Origin: the human T2T-CHM13v2.0 reference genome, Homo sapiens
DNA: 64,000 nt
Assembly (NCBI RefSeq): GCF_009914755.1
Contig: NC_060933.1
Reading direction: 5' to 3' (one strand)
The notes below the pieces were generated by a model. The model searched no databases. It saw only the letters and a program-made list of their open reading frames with translations, and was not told the origin of the DNA. This document shows, in pieces, positions 1 through 18,580 of this stretch. Position 1 is the stretch's first letter. Each line of letters opens with the position of its first letter. A program made the position numbers and the translations under genes.

Positions 1-602
1 GTTGGGTTTTCTATACACAATGTTATCTATATATAATGAGTTGTCTTCCTTTTCAATTCTTACCCACCTTGGGTATTTTTCTTGCCTTATTGCACTAGCC
101 GGGACCCCTATTATAATGCCGAATAGGAGTGCTGACAGCAGGCAACCTTGTCATTTTCCCAGTCTCAAAATTAAGGCTTTCAACATTTCATCTTGTTAAA
201 AAAACAGATTTTTTTTTTTCAGGTTAAGTACCCTTCTATTCCTAGTTTACAAAGAGTTTTAAAAAACTATGCATAGATATTGAATTTTATTTTCATGTGT
301 ACTGAGAAAATGATCAGATTTAATCCATTAATATGGTAACTTATGTTACCATATTAATTTTCAAATGTTAAAATAGCTTTTCATTCCTGGAATAACTTCA
401 TCTTGATGAGGATGTATTATTATACTTTCTGTATTTCACTTTGCTAAAATTTTGTTTAGGATTTTTGCATTGTGTTCATGAGTGAAATTGGACGGTAACT
501 TTCGTTCTTGTTATGGTTTCGGTATCATAGTTACGTTGGTCTCATCAAAAGAGTTGAAAATGTTTCTCATTTTCATTTTTGGAAGTGTTGTATAAGATCT
601 GA

Positions 603-918
<316 letters not shown>

Positions 919-1272
919 TAAGATTTGATGTTTTCTATTCCTCATATGTTTGGGAGATGTGTGTTAGCACTTCCCACTAGAATCATAGATTTATCCATTT
1001 CTCCTTGTAGTACTGTCAGCTTTTGCTTTACATATTTTGAGGCCATGTAATTAGGTGTATACAAATTTAGAAACTGTTAAATCTGTTGGGTGTAATTTGT
1101 ATCTTTACAAAGTGTTTCCTTTGTAACTCTAGCAATGCCTTTTGCCTTGAAGTCTGTTTTTTCTGATATTAATATAGCTATGCTTTGGGGTTTTTTTTTT
1201 TGGTGGACCATATTTGCAAAGTGTATCTTTCCCCAAAATTTTACTTTCAACTTTTCTGTACTTGTAACTTAA

Positions 1273-1580
1273 TTTTTATTTATTTATTTATTTAGAGACA
1301 GGGTCTCACTCTGTTGCCCGGGCTGGAGTGCAGTGGTGGCGATCACGGCTCACTGCAGCTGCACTTCCCAGGTTTGGGCAATCCTCCTACCTATCTCAGC
1401 CTCCCAGGTAGCTGGGACTACTGGCACTCACCACTACACCTGGCTAATTTTTGTAGTTTTTGTAGAGATGGGGTTTTGCCATGTTGCTTGCCCAGGCTGG
1501 TCTTGAACTCCTGGGCTCAAGTGATCCACCTGCCTCAGCCTCCCAGTGTTGGGTTACAGACATGAGCCACCGTGCCCAGA
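1273..1580 (-). mobile_element. Alu (J-like)
   Basis: Diverged dimer consensus. Confidence 0.88.
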
Positions 1581-1781
1581 CAAGACATTTTCATGGCTGT
1601 TTTACATAGCGAGTGTTCATTTATCCACCTGTTCACTCTTTTTGTTGCTCTTTCATTCTCTCCTGCAAGTATGATCTTCCATTTGGGATCATTTCACTTC
1701 TGCCTGAGAAAGTTGAGTCTTTGCTTAGTGTAGGTCTGCCAGTGGTGAGTTTTCTGTTTTTTTAATCTCACAATATCTTGA

Positions 1782-2094
<313 letters not shown>

Positions 2095-2287
2095 ACCTGC
2101 ATTCTTGAAAGGTATTTTCAGTGAGCGTAGAATTTTGGATCGTGGTCCTATTCTTTCGGCTTTGAAGAAGATACCATTCCCTTATCTTCCAGCCTCAATC
2201 ATGTCTGTTGAGGAGTCTAATTGTGGCTCCTTTGAAGGTGATGGGCCCTTTTTCCCCGTATGATTGCTTAAAGATTCCTTTTTCTCA

Positions 2288-2607
<320 letters not shown>

Positions 2608-2704
2608 TCAAAAGCTTCATCATGCTGTGCTTTGGTGTATTCTTCTTATTTATTATCCTGCCTGGGGGTTCATAAGGCTTCTGGAATCCAAGGCTTGATG
2701 CTTC

Positions 2705-3345
2705 CAGTCAAGGACTGATCAGGAGACATAGAGAGTAATTTGGACAGGAAAAGATTAATATAAAGAATAACCCGACGAGAAGAGAAACTGTGAGTGCTAA
2801 AGAATGCTTTAGGGCTGAAGGTGAGTACCCAAGAAGAAAAAACTTAGAAGGGCCCAATCCCCATGGCTGGGATTGAGAAGTCACTGGAGAAGGTGTGAGT
2901 GCAGCCTACTGGGAGGTAGCACTCACTGGGCCCCGGGGCCAGAGCTGGCTCACTGGGCTGGGCAAGTCCCTTTGAGGTGCAGGTGGGCTGAGGCTGGTGG
3001 GCGGGCATGCGTTGGGAGTTGGGGTGTTGGGAACCTGCTGGCCAGCAGGGTGGCACAAGGGTGAGGTGTGCATTACCCATGCCTGGACGGCCACAGCAAG
3101 GTGGCCACCATAACACCACTGGGGCCGAAGTGACAGGTGTGCGGTAGGGGCAGGTCTCCACACATGTCTCTAGCAGCCATTGAGCCAGAGCAAGGACAAA
3201 AGGCCAGGGCCTTCCGCCAGCAGTGTCTCTCCAGCGTCTCTATTGACAGAACTTAACATGCCCACTGCAAAGGAGACCTCTTCATTGCAGAGCAGGTAAT
3301 GAAGGGTGGACTTGGACATGAGAAGCAGTGACATGATAATTGGCC
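2705..3345. mobile_element. Probable old MaLR/ERVL LTR remnant
   Basis: Text resembles MLT-class LTRs; family uncertain. Confidence 0.35.
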
Positions 3346-3412
3346 AGTAGGTTTAGGAAAACCATTGAAGTATAATCTACATATCATAAAATTTACTCAT
3401 TTAAGTATATGA

Positions 3413-4109
<697 letters not shown>

Positions 4110-4246
4110 TAGTCCGTCTGTTTCCACTTCCAGACAACCATGAATCTGCTCTCTGTATCTATAAATTTGCTTTTTCTAGACATTTCATATAAATGGAATC
4201 ATGTGATAACACACCCTTTGCATCTGGCTTCTTTCATGTCCATGTT

Positions 4247-4789
<543 letters not shown>

Positions 4790-5111
4790 ATGTCCATGTT
4801 TTCAAGGCTCATCCATGTTGCAGCATGTGTCAGCTCATTCCTCTGGATTGCTAAAGTGTTCCACTGTATGGAAATACCTCATTTTGTTAATCCTTTCACC
4901 AGCTGTTGGACCCTTGGGTCCTCTCCCCTTTTTGGCCAGTGTGAATAATCCTGCTGTGAACACTGATGTACACGGGAGTCATTCCTTGCTTCTGCTCTGA
5001 CCTTTTCCTTTCTGCTGGTCCACTTACCCTCAGGACTTCTATCCCTGGGTCTCCTCCTACCTGGTTTGCTCCATCCTGTGTCTCTTCATGCTGCATTCTA
5101 CCCACATCGTC

Positions 5112-5421
<310 letters not shown>

Positions 5422-5770
5422 TAACCTATCTCCAGGTCACTAATTTTGCTCTTAAACAGTCACTGAGTTCTTCATATGAGGTATTTTTTTGGTTTAGAAT
5501 TTCCATTTGTCCTGTTTATATTTTCTAATTATTTGCCAAATTTCTCAGGCTTGTGTCACTCCTAGAACATAGTTAAGCACTGCACATTCACAGCCACATT
5601 TAAGAACTCCAAATTTCAGCCTTCGGGGGACTGATTCTGTCAAATGCTTCTGTTTTTTTTTTCTTTTTTTTTTTTTTTTCAGCAGGAAATGCTTGTGCCC
5701 TAGTTATGTTTTGCCGTATGTGAAAAATTAAGAAATAACTAGAGACCTAGGATGATGTTAACCTCTCCAG

Positions 5771-6077
5771 TTTTTTTTTTTTTTTTTTTTTTTTTTTTGA
5801 GACGGAGTCTCACTCTGTCGCCCAGGCTGGAGTGCAGTGGCTCGATCTCGGCTCACTACAAGCTCCACCTCCCTGTCCTGCCATTCTCCTGCCTCAGCCT
5901 CCCGAGTAGCTGGGACTACAGGCGCCTGCCACCACACCCGGCTCATTTTTTGTATTTTTAGTAGAGACAGGGTTTCACCGTGTTAGCCAGGATGGTTTCA
6001 ATCTCCTGACCTTGTGATCCACCCGCCTTGGCCTCCCAAAGTGCTGGGATTACAGGCGTGAGGCACCGTGCCTGGCC
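5771..6077 (-). mobile_element. AluY, TSD aacctctccagttt
   Basis: Consensus plus clear TSD. Confidence 0.92.
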
Positions 6078-6316
6078 AAACCTCTCCAGTTTCTTTGCCT
6101 TTGTTTCTGGCAAGTGCCTGGGTTGCTAGGTGTCCAGAATCATCTTAATCCAGTTTCAGGGACTGAGACCATCTGGAGCTGGCTCTGTCCCTGTGAGGGT
6201 TGGTATACTTGTCATGGGTCACCCTTCCACCTGCAGGGCAGCTCCCTGAGGTTTCAATTCAAAGCCTGGTGAGTTCTAGACTCTCCCCTTTTTTCCTTAA
6301 CTACTCTTTTGTCTGA

Positions 6317-6795
<479 letters not shown>

Positions 6796-6872
6796 GCAGG
6801 TAGGGTTTTAAAATCTGATCAAGCTTTCCTAGCAGGATGGCTGGGTGGAATCGCCAGAGTGGTAATTCTTTA

Positions 6873-7285
<413 letters not shown>

Positions 7286-7474
7286 TCCCAGAAAGTTAAT
7301 TTTCCTATCCACAAACATTCACACCTCTCAATTTATTAAGGTTTTTTTTTTATGGTTTTTAATAAAATCTTATCATTTTTCCTATAAAGGTTTCACACAT
7401 CTTTTGCTGGTCTAGGACCTTAAGACTTGTGATGCTAGTATAAATGGGGTCCTTTAAGAATTACATTTTTTGAA

Positions 7475-7685
7475 GCTGGGCGTGGTGGCACGTGCCTGTA
7501 ATCTGAGTTCCTTGGGAGGCTGAGGTGGGAGGATTGCTGGAGACCAGAAGTTTGAGACTGCAGTGAGCTGTGGCCACATCACTGCACTCCAACCTGGGCA
7601 ACAGAGCAAGACACCATTAAACAAAAACAAAAACAAAAACAAAACAGAAAACAACCCCAAATCCTCAAAAAACAAACAAAAAAAA
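7475..7685 (+). mobile_element. Alu monomer (FRAM-like) with (AAAAAC)n tail
   Basis: Single arm plus A-rich tail. Confidence 0.75.
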
Positions 7686-7991
7686 GGATTACATTTTCTG
7701 ATTGCTGACTGACTGTATATAGGAATATGCTGAACTTTTTATTTGGTTGTATAGCTAGCCACCTTGATAGATTTTCTTGTTCATCTCTCAGTCATTTACT
7801 TTTCTTACATCATTGGCAAGGATCTCCAGTACAATGAACAGACAAGGAGTTAGTGGGATCATTCTCTTGTTTCTGATTTTAAAAGAAGCACTTTGAATAT
7901 TTCACAATTAAGTATGTCTCTATACGATCTTGGAAGGTAACCTTCATCAGATTAAAGAGGCTTTCTATTTCTAGTTAACAAAAAGGTTTTT

Positions 7992-8654
<663 letters not shown>

Positions 8655-8689
8655 CTATGGCTTTCTCCCTTTAATTTGTTAACGTGGTA

Positions 8690-9036
8690 CATTCGGGAGA
8701 AGCGAGGCCATGCCGTGAAAAAAAACCCTGGTCTCCATGGCTTCATTTTTCATTCACATCAAGCAAGCCCCGTGTGGGTGAGTGGGGTGTTCCCTGACCA
8801 GGCTCCCCCAAGTTGGGGCTCTGCCATCTCAACACCCAGACTCCAGGAGTACCGCGGGTGGGAAAGATTAAGTAGGGAGCTGCACAATAGTCCTTAAACG
8901 CCCAGCCCACAGTGACATGTGTCTGCCTCTCAGATCTCAGGCAGGGGGCTGGGAAGTGTAGTCCCCTGTGTGCCCAGGAAGGAGATGCAAACCAGACGTG
9001 TGGAGCAGCAGCGTCTAGCATGGGGTCAGTGACATC
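8690..9036 (-). mobile_element. MLT1-like LTR fragment inserted in L1
   Basis: gggggctgggaagtgtagtcccctgtgtgcccaggaaggaga resembles antisense MLT1. Confidence 0.45.
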
Positions 9037-9242
9037 CATTAACTGACTGAAATTATTCCATCCTTGTATTTTTGAGATAAGCCCAACCTGGTCAGGAAGG
9101 ACTGATTTTTATGTGATGCTGGTTTGGGGCTGCTAAGATGATTTTATAAGTTTTGTATCAGTATTCATACATCAGACGGACTTGTAATTATCTTGTACTG
9201 TCCTTGTTTTGATTCGATGTCAAGGTTATATTCCATTCATAA

Positions 9243-9719
<477 letters not shown>

Positions 9720-11742
9720 TGATTTTTCGATTAAGAGAAGTGAATGAGGTAAAGCAGTCTGCAAAGTGCTTGGTACCCCAAAATATTATTATATCCAAGT
9801 ATTAACTCATTGAAACTTTGTGAGACCTTAGAAAGCAGAGTCTGTTATTACCCCACTTCCAGCTGGGGAAACTGCCAAGCAGAGAAGAAAACCACTTACC
9901 CAGGGTCCTTTTGCTTATCAGCTGCAGAGTCAGGACACAGCCCTTTGCAGCCAAGGACATATTCCCCCAGACTGCTGGCAGCCAATGAGGGACTCAGATG
10001 GCCCGAACCACACCTTGACTGCTTCCTAAATAATGCACCCCTAGTGAATGAATGAAAAAAAAGGTTTGAATGAATGCTGGGGCCTGCCTCCCATCCCACA
10101 GGGGGAACAATGAGCAGTCAGCCATCATACCCCATTCTCCAGCCTTGCACCACTGGGGGCGGGACCCAGATTGTCGACCTACTGCAAGGTCAGAGCAGGT
10201 GGGAGGCTTGGGGCCCTCAGCTCAGACACCTTCGGGGGGACCGCAGTTCTTGGTTGGAGCAGGCATCTGAGCCTCCTGGGTTACTGGCTAAGCATGCACA
10301 CTCGCAGGTCCTGGGCGGGGACACTGTGGGGGTGGGGTGGAAGCCAAGGTGTTTCCTCCGTGACTATGGCGGCTCCCTTGGTGAATCTCGCGGTCTGCCG
10401 GTCACCAAAGACCAGGGTGGGTCGCAGCAGCTGCTGCCCCGCAGCCCTGGTGGGAAGGCTGAGGCCTGAGGTCCATACCTGGCACATCACCTCCTGCTCA
10501 CTGGGGTTGTTGGGGCCAGACCAGCTTCCTGGCATTGCTGGCAGGGGAGGGAGATGCGAGTGGAGGACTCAGGAGTGGACTGGTCTCTCTCGGGCTTCTG
10601 TGTGCTCATTGGTCGAAATGGACAAAAGCAGATAATGAGGAGCCTGAGGCATGAGTGGCTGAGCAATCTGCCCGAGGACACAAGGAACAAAAGAGAGAAC
10701 CTGGGCTTCCATCACCTACGAGGTTCATGGAGGCTTTGGCGTTGGCGCCTGACACACAGGCAGCCAACAGCTCCGGATGGTTGATGCCTGCCTGATGCAG
10801 GGTCCCTTCTATCAGATCTTGTGATCAGCCCAGGAATACTTGGCCCCTTCCCTTTAAAGGGACAGACTTAAGCTGCTGCCTTTGCGGGGCATGAGGGGAG
10901 ATGCCTCCTCCTCACCAGGCCTGACCTCTGCACGATCAGGTACAGAGAGATGCAGAGATCCTGGGCTTCCCCAGGGGCCGCCGTGGGGCTGAAAGTTGGG
11001 GACTGGGAACCAGGGTGAATATGAGGGCTGGCCCTGATCCCCGCCATCCCTGGGTGGCTATGCTGGGGTGCTTGGTCTCAGGTGCTAGGATGGAAACAAT
11101 GGGGCACAGGTGGGCTGTGGTGTGGGAGGACAAGGAAGACAGGGAGACAAATGGCCTCCCAGAGCCATTGGGCCCCGTGCCTTACTCCGCATGGAGGGGA
11201 CACAGCACACCTCGGGGCAGAGAAGGGACTGGAATCCCTGGGGCCTCCTCACTCTGTCCCTTGTAAGTGCAGAGGCTCTGCTGTTCTTCACTGGGGCTGG
11301 GCCCGAGCCTCTGTGTGCTGCCTCCTGGGCGGCAGAGGACACACCGCAAAAGGCACGCCATAAAGACAGTGCTTCCGGGCCCCGAAGGAGCAATTCTAGA
11401 GCCTGTGCCCCCGAATCCCACCCGAGGAATGCCCTTTTCATCAGGACACTGGGGTGAGGGGCTCTTGTGCATGAACCGACCTCTGGAGCACGAGCAATTC
11501 TTTGTCCAGTTGAATGCTTCTAGGGCACAAGGCCTAGGAGGGAAAGTTCTGGTGACGTCCATTTCACTCAGCCACGACTACCCCAATGGCAGCAAGTGGG
11601 CCTGGGAGTGGAGCTGAATGACCCCAGCCTCCCAGGAGCCCCGCCTGCGACAGGGGTCTCAGAAAAGAGATGGCAAGGCCAGCATGGAGCAGGCTGGGCT
11701 GTCACTGTAGTTGCACACATGCAGCTGGGCGCGGACATGGCA

Positions 11743-14464
11743 TTGGGCAGCTTTCATCTGTGTTTATTTTTTTTCATATAAAAGTTACATGTTTGAAATG
11801 TCTGCAGGAAGATGCCACCATCAGACAGGTTAGCTGGGGCATATATATTACAATGTAACCCTGTGGAGGTCGTGGGGCCGGAGCGGGAAGATGCTCCCCA
11901 GAATCGGGTTCAGGTCAGACATGGTGTGTGCCTGCCCCTCCTTGCCCCCCCCCACCCCGACACCTGCAGGTGAGGACTGACCTCTGCAAGGAACGAGTCC
12001 TCCGCCTGGCTCACGTCTGTCTGTGAAGACTGATTCCCACAACCCGCCCGGGCCCCCCAAAGGAACAGACGAGCCACGGCCAGGCCGCAGCACTGAGCAC
12101 AGAGCTCAGCAATAACCAGGGCCAGGCTTAGGGGGCACAGGGGGCTGCCTGCCATCAATAAGTTAGACATACATCGCACCTTGCCGTCCTCACGCAGGGA
12201 GCCCCTGGGCACTGCTCATGTGCTGCCTGGGCCCTGCTGCTCAGAACACCAAGGGCTCCCAATGAGGGCCTGGGGAATTGCCTGGGCACACTGGGGCCAG
12301 GCACAGGGTCTGTTCTGAATTCAGGGAAGGTGAAGAGACCCCACCTCTATCCAGCTCAAGCCCAAGAACAAGGCAGACAGAGCTGTGGACAGCACCCGAC
12401 CACAGACACGGTTCTGCCTGCTGCTGGAGTGAGAGGCCTGGTTTCTGAGGCTGCAGCATGGCACTGGCATTGCCTGTGCTACAGATGGGGACTCCTGCGA
12501 GTCTCACAAATACAGGGAGAATTTCAGTTCACACAACCCAAGGGCCCTGTGTGCAGAGCGGCCCTCACACGCGCACAGCAGCATTCAACAGAGCTGGGCA
12601 AGGGAAGGGGAGAGAGAGTCAAGGATTGAAATGAAGGGACTTCAAAAAGAAGGAACAAACTAAAAACCCAACCCACACACAATACTGTTAATAAGCCAGC
12701 GACTCTACACACACACTCCTTAAATAATAAAGTGACAGGTCCCGGCTGGCCCCGCAAGACCACCGCAAGAGGGGGTCCCGCCACCAGAGGGGGTCCCGCC
12801 TGCCACTGCACGGCTTTCCTCCCTCTATCTACAGGACAAACAAAACACGGGAGAGGGGAAAAAGCCCACATTTTCTTCTTGATAAATGCTGTTCAAAAAC
12901 CCATGAAGGACTCAAAGTGACATGGTGGTTTAAAAAAAAACCTAAATGATCAACAGATGTTGCTTTCTATATTTTTCCTTTGTTCTGTTTGAACTGGGCT
13001 AAGTAAGCACAGTTAGACCCTGCTGTTCACTTGACCACGTCCTAAACCCGGGACAAGTGAGCACTCATTCATGCACAGCAGACCCGGAGGCATGGGCTGG
13101 GGCAGCACAACTGGGTTCCCGCAGCGCCCTGCCTGCAGGCTCATGCTGGAGGCCACGGAACCAGGCGGCACAGGGCAGATTCTGTTTGTCAAGCGCCCCA
13201 CAAGCCTTGCCCAGATTGTCAAGCTCAGCAGCGAGAATGGTTTTGACGAGGAGGATGGAAACAGCATCTGCTCTGGAAGCCGCTCTGGCGTGGGGAGAGT
13301 GGGGAGAGGGTGCGCTTGCTGCAGCTGCTGCCTTAGGAGGCTCCTCTGTGGCCAGGCTTCTGCCTCCCTGCACCCTGAGGGACCATTCGGGTGCCTCAGG
13401 GATGCCCTTCCCTCCCAGGGGCACTGACAGCACTGGCTGAAAGGTCTGAAGAGCCAGAGGAGGAGCCCTGCTGGCTGGCCCAGGATGGGGCAAGGAGGGA
13501 GGGAAAGCCAGGGGATGGGGAGGGACATGAGATGGAGTTTAAGGCACACAGCGAGCGATGGAGGAGGGAGGTGCTGGCCTCTCCCCTCTGAATTAACTCC
13601 CCCAGGAGCTCAGCTCTGGCCTCAGTTTGGTGAGGTTCAGAAGACTCCCAGCAATAAAAAGTATTTCTTGGATGATCAAGTCCTCCCTTACTCCAGCCTC
13701 CTCTTCTCAGCTCCCCAGGTGGTGTGGGAGGGGCCCAGTGGCCTGGGGTGGGGGGTAAGGGGCGACGGGATGACAGAGACTGCTGCTGCTCTCAGGCGGG
13801 CAAGGGAGGCCCTGATGGCGCCAGTACCGCGGGGCAGAGCACCAGCTGCGGGGCTGCTAAGGCGTCACCTGCGTACCTTTCCGGGCCTGCTGAAAAGCTC
13901 ACACCATCCTCCATGCATCAGAAGGGGAAGCGGAAAGTGAAAGGATCCTCCCCCGAGTCTACTCTGCATTCTGCCCACCCAGCTGCTTGCCCCCATTCCA
14001 GGGCCCCTGCAGGACAGGCCACCCCAGGAGGCCTCCACTCATTTGAGATTTCAGAAGATTCAGGGACCCTGGAGCTTAGGGAGGGGGAGCACCCACCACT
14101 TCCTTGGTCTGCTGATGAGGTCTCTGCTGCTCTCTCCCTGGAGGGGAGTGGGTGGAAGGTCAAGAGGGGAGAGATGGAAGTAAAAGCAGAAAACAAAACC
14201 AAACCAGAAAACCACCGGTTTGTAAATTGGCAACAAGACCTGCCTGCTGGCTGCCCTGAGGCCCACGGGTCTGCTCCCACAGAGGAAGGAGGCAGGAAGC
14301 GGCTGGCAGGCTCCAGCTCCCGCCCGGCCCCGCTGAGGGCTGGCCAGCCTCATGGCTCCGAGGCCGGGACTCCTGCCATGCGCCTAACAGGTCCAAGGTC
14401 CTCTCCGGTCTGGGAGCTGCCCTCTGCGCCCCTCGAGCATTCTCCTGGATCCCGGCGTCTGCTC
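11743..14464 (-). other. RAPGEF1: RAPGEF1 3'UTR (~2.7 kb)
   Basis: Alu-free stretch from the stop codon to the first minus-strand AATAAA I found; exact cleavage site estimated. Confidence 0.8.
11763..11768 (-). terminator. Polyadenylation signal AATAAA
   Basis: Plus-strand TTTATT; upstream UGUA (CFIm) at 11786-11789 in an AU-rich context. Confidence 0.8.
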
Positions 14465-14615
14465 CTAGGTCTTCTCTTCCCGGTCTGTTTTTCTCCTTGT
14501 TATGTTCCTGGGTTTAATTTTCAGAGACAGTTCCCATAGGGCCTCCTCAGCCAGGTGGTCACTGAAGTCATTGAAGAAGTTTATAATGTCGTCGTTCCTC
14601 CGCATGTCATAGTGC
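14465..14615 (-). CDS. RAPGEF1: RAPGEF1 last coding exon: HYDMRRNDDIINFF...KTDREEKT*
   Basis: Acceptor GCACCAG|G; TAG stop at 14467-14465. Confidence 0.96.
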
Positions 14616-15230
14616 CTGGTGCAGGGGATGGGGAGCAGTCAGTGAGCACCTGTGTGGGCTGGATGGCCCGATGGCGCCACCCTCCTGGAAGGTGCCGCGG
14701 GGACCATCCCCACAGCCTCGCAGCAAACGGATGCTGCAGGGGCTACCGTTGACCAATGTGACAGAGGGGACACCAGTGCTCAGAGACGGTGCCACCAGCA
14801 CATGGAGCACAAACAGGGCCCTGAGGCTGGGCTGCTCACAGGGAGGGGGCCCCAGGTGATCCCACTGCCCCCAACAACGCATGCCAGGGCCCGCCCTGGG
14901 GGAGCTCTGGTGCCTCAGAGTCAGGCAGGCCAGGGTTTGTCAGGCCCTTCTCACAGCAAGGTGGGCACCAGCTTCTGGTGTGTAAAATGGGAGGACGAGC
15001 TGTGCTGTCACGGGGTCCAGGCCCAGGGCCAGGCTAGGCCTGGCATGGAGCCTGGTGGGCATGCTCTCAAGTCATCCTGGCAGAAACTGAAGGGCCCGGA
15101 CTATATCTCAGCAGTGGCAGGTCCCTGGGTCCTCTGTGGCTCCCCCTCCCCTCGGTGTCCCGGGCTGTCTCTCCTTGTGTGTGGCCCGGGGCTCAGCTCT
15201 GCCTGGTCCCCCCGGGGCAGTGGCACTCAC

Positions 15231-15359
15231 GCCTGCTGGAAGCAGCGCATGCTGTCGAGGATGTTGAACTGCTGCCACCGCTTGGAGAAGTTCACTTTCC
15301 CGTCGATGTAGTCTGGGTTTCCCAGGTGAACGAAGGTCAGGTCCTGCAGGATCAGCCCC
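15231..15359 (-). CDS. RAPGEF1: RAPGEF1 exon, 129 nt: GLILQDLTFVHLGNPDYIDGKVNFSKRWQQ...RCFQQ(A)
   Basis: Acceptor CTCCCAG|G, donor GC|GTGAGT; RasGEF DLTF...GN...VNFSK motif. Confidence 0.96.
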
Positions 15360-15742
15360 CTGGGAGGACGGGTTAGGCAGCCTGTTACTGCTACGGGGTT
15401 TGGAAGCAGCAAGGGCTAGAGACATGTGTCAGGCGCTAGGACTCGCAGTGAGCAGCTTCCAAACCCCAGAGCAAACCAAAGAGCCAGTCTGAGGTGTCTG
15501 TTTCCCAGAACAAACTCCCGCCTCAGCCTCTGGCCTCTGGCTCCACAAGCACCTGCTGGGGACCTCGGAAGCCAGTATGCTGATGAGGAGCCTGAGGGTG
15601 ATGCGGCTGCCATGGCTCAACCCATAAGGGCGAAGCTGTGGGCTGCTAAAGTAACATTAACAAATGAGCAGTAAAAAAAAAAAATAACAAAACCCAAACC
15701 AGGGGGCAGGGGCAGAGATCTCCTTTTATTAACAGGTGTGGT

Positions 15743-16784
<1,042 letters not shown>

Positions 16785-17573
16785 TCAGCTTGAGGGAGCA
16801 GATGTAGAGCCACAGTGGGAAAGACTGTTAGTGCTCAGAGCAGGAAGCCTGGGGATTTGTATCTCTGAGGGTTGAGGCCTCGAGGGCAGCCCTGCAGTAA
16901 CCCTATAGGATGTGCCATTGAACACTCAGCACTGGGATGCTGCTGCGCTTTTGGTCTCTTGGAGATTCTCAGTGTCTACTAGTATATACTAAAGGCTCTC
17001 GTAAGTCCTGCAACAGACACTTGTTTGGTTTTGGTTATTCCGCTACGTCCCTTTTCTATGAAACACATATTTCCTCTCGCCCATGGTCCACGCTCAGGAA
17101 GCACTTTCTGAACTTCTTTACACCAAGGCTCTCAAGGTCCCTGGGTGGCCGTGCATCCTCAGGTTGTTCTAATGCGCAGCCACGTGTGAGGACACTGGAA
17201 TACTGTGTGATGCCATGTGTGGGGAGAGGAGCCATACATCTGTCACAAGCATGGCTGCACATGCTCACGGGCAGGCTACAGAAGGAAATGAGAGTGGGGC
17301 TGGGGGCTGGGAAAGGAGAACCCGTATTCTTCACCTGAGCGCTTCTTTTCTGTTTAAACTGTATTATAAGAAGCATTATATATTATATTATATATATGTA
17401 TTGTATATTATGCATTATAACTGTATTACAAGAACCTTAAGTAAAACCAAGTACAAATGTCTCCGTTAGAAACCCCTAAATTAAGATTTCTCTGCTGGAG
17501 CCTGACAGATCTTCCCCAGAGCAATGGAGGCAAACCCAGGCGGGGCTGGGGGCCTGGAGGGGCTGCTACTCAC

Positions 17574-17671
17574 AGGTACGGGATGCACGGCGGTTCCACC
17601 TCCGAGAGGGCGGCCCGGTAGGCTCGGAAGGAGGACGAGCTGTCGATCAGTGTGCAGTACTCGGCCAGGCC
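17574..17671 (-). CDS. RAPGEF1: RAPGEF1 exon, 98 nt: GLAEYCTLIDSSSSFRAYRAALSEVEPPCIPY(L)
   Basis: Acceptor CTGCCAG|GGC, donor CT|GTGAGT; PCIPYL motif. Confidence 0.96.
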
Positions 17672-18355
17672 CTGGCAGGACAGGACAGGACAGGACCGGA
17701 CAGGGGTGAGCGAGTGCTGGGGCAATGCTGGGGCAGAGCCCTGGTCCTCCTCACTAACTGGAGGGTCAACCACCCTCTGCCCAACTCCACAGGTCCCACT
17801 ACGCACAAACACCCAGCCAGGTGTGGGTCCTGGCCCTGGCCAGCAGGGATTCTGTCCTTTTCAACGAGTGTCAGCCCAACCCCTGGTCACAGGGGACTTC
17901 AGGCCGTTTTGTGGAGAAACACCCCACAGTACTCATTGTGCCTGGGCAGCCAGCGCTTGTGTGTATACGACATCCCGGAAGATGGGCTCCTGCCTGGCCC
18001 TGTTCGGCGGTGCAGCCAGAGGAGCTTCCCAGGCACACACTGAGTGGCGTCACTCCTGACTCGGAGCTGCCTTTGCTCTGCCCTGTACTCAGGGAGGACC
18101 AACTAAAGATAGCATGTGACCTCGCCCTCCCCAGGGCTGGGTGGCTTCTCTCCTGCAGGGGTGGGGGGCTCCCACCTAGGAGACTCAGCCAGCCCTGCCC
18201 CACTCAGAAGGCCCCTCTCCTGCCTCTTCTCCTGTTACGTGCCTCTCCCTGAAGTGCTGCCTCCTGAGGACCCCCCATGCAGACGCCGTGTGAATTTCCC
18301 ACCTCTCCCCATACACTAGCTTACAACCATCCCTGAACATGGGCTTGAACAAGAA

Positions 18356-18580
18356 GACCCTGGGTGGCCTGGCTGACACCCGGGTCTCTGACATGACCCC
18401 TGGGTGGCCTGGGTCACACTCGGGTTCCTGACACGACCCCCAGGTGGCCTGGCTGACGCTCGGGTTCCTGACATGACCTCTGGGTGGTCTGGTCACACTC
18501 AGGTCCCTGACACAATCCCTGGGTGGCCTGGCTGAACTTGGGTCCCTGACATGACCCCTGGGTGGCCTGGCTGACACTCA
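18356..18580. repeat. Minisatellite, 39-40 bp unit, ~5.5 copies
   Basis: tgggtggcctgg... recurs at 18361, 18401, 18441, 18481, 18520 and 18559. Confidence 0.9.

Noticed and set aside
12781-12793. CTCF-like CCACCAGAGGGGG in the 3'UTR
   Set aside because: Lacks the invariant GGC; part of a short local direct repeat.
13724-15311. 271-aa and 219-aa plus-strand ORFs
   Set aside because: GC-rich sequence antisense to the RAPGEF1 3'UTR and exons; no recognisable domain; expected by chance.
16900-17110. Possible hAT-Charlie (MER) DNA transposon remnant
   Set aside because: Resemblance only; I cannot assign a family or boundaries by eye.
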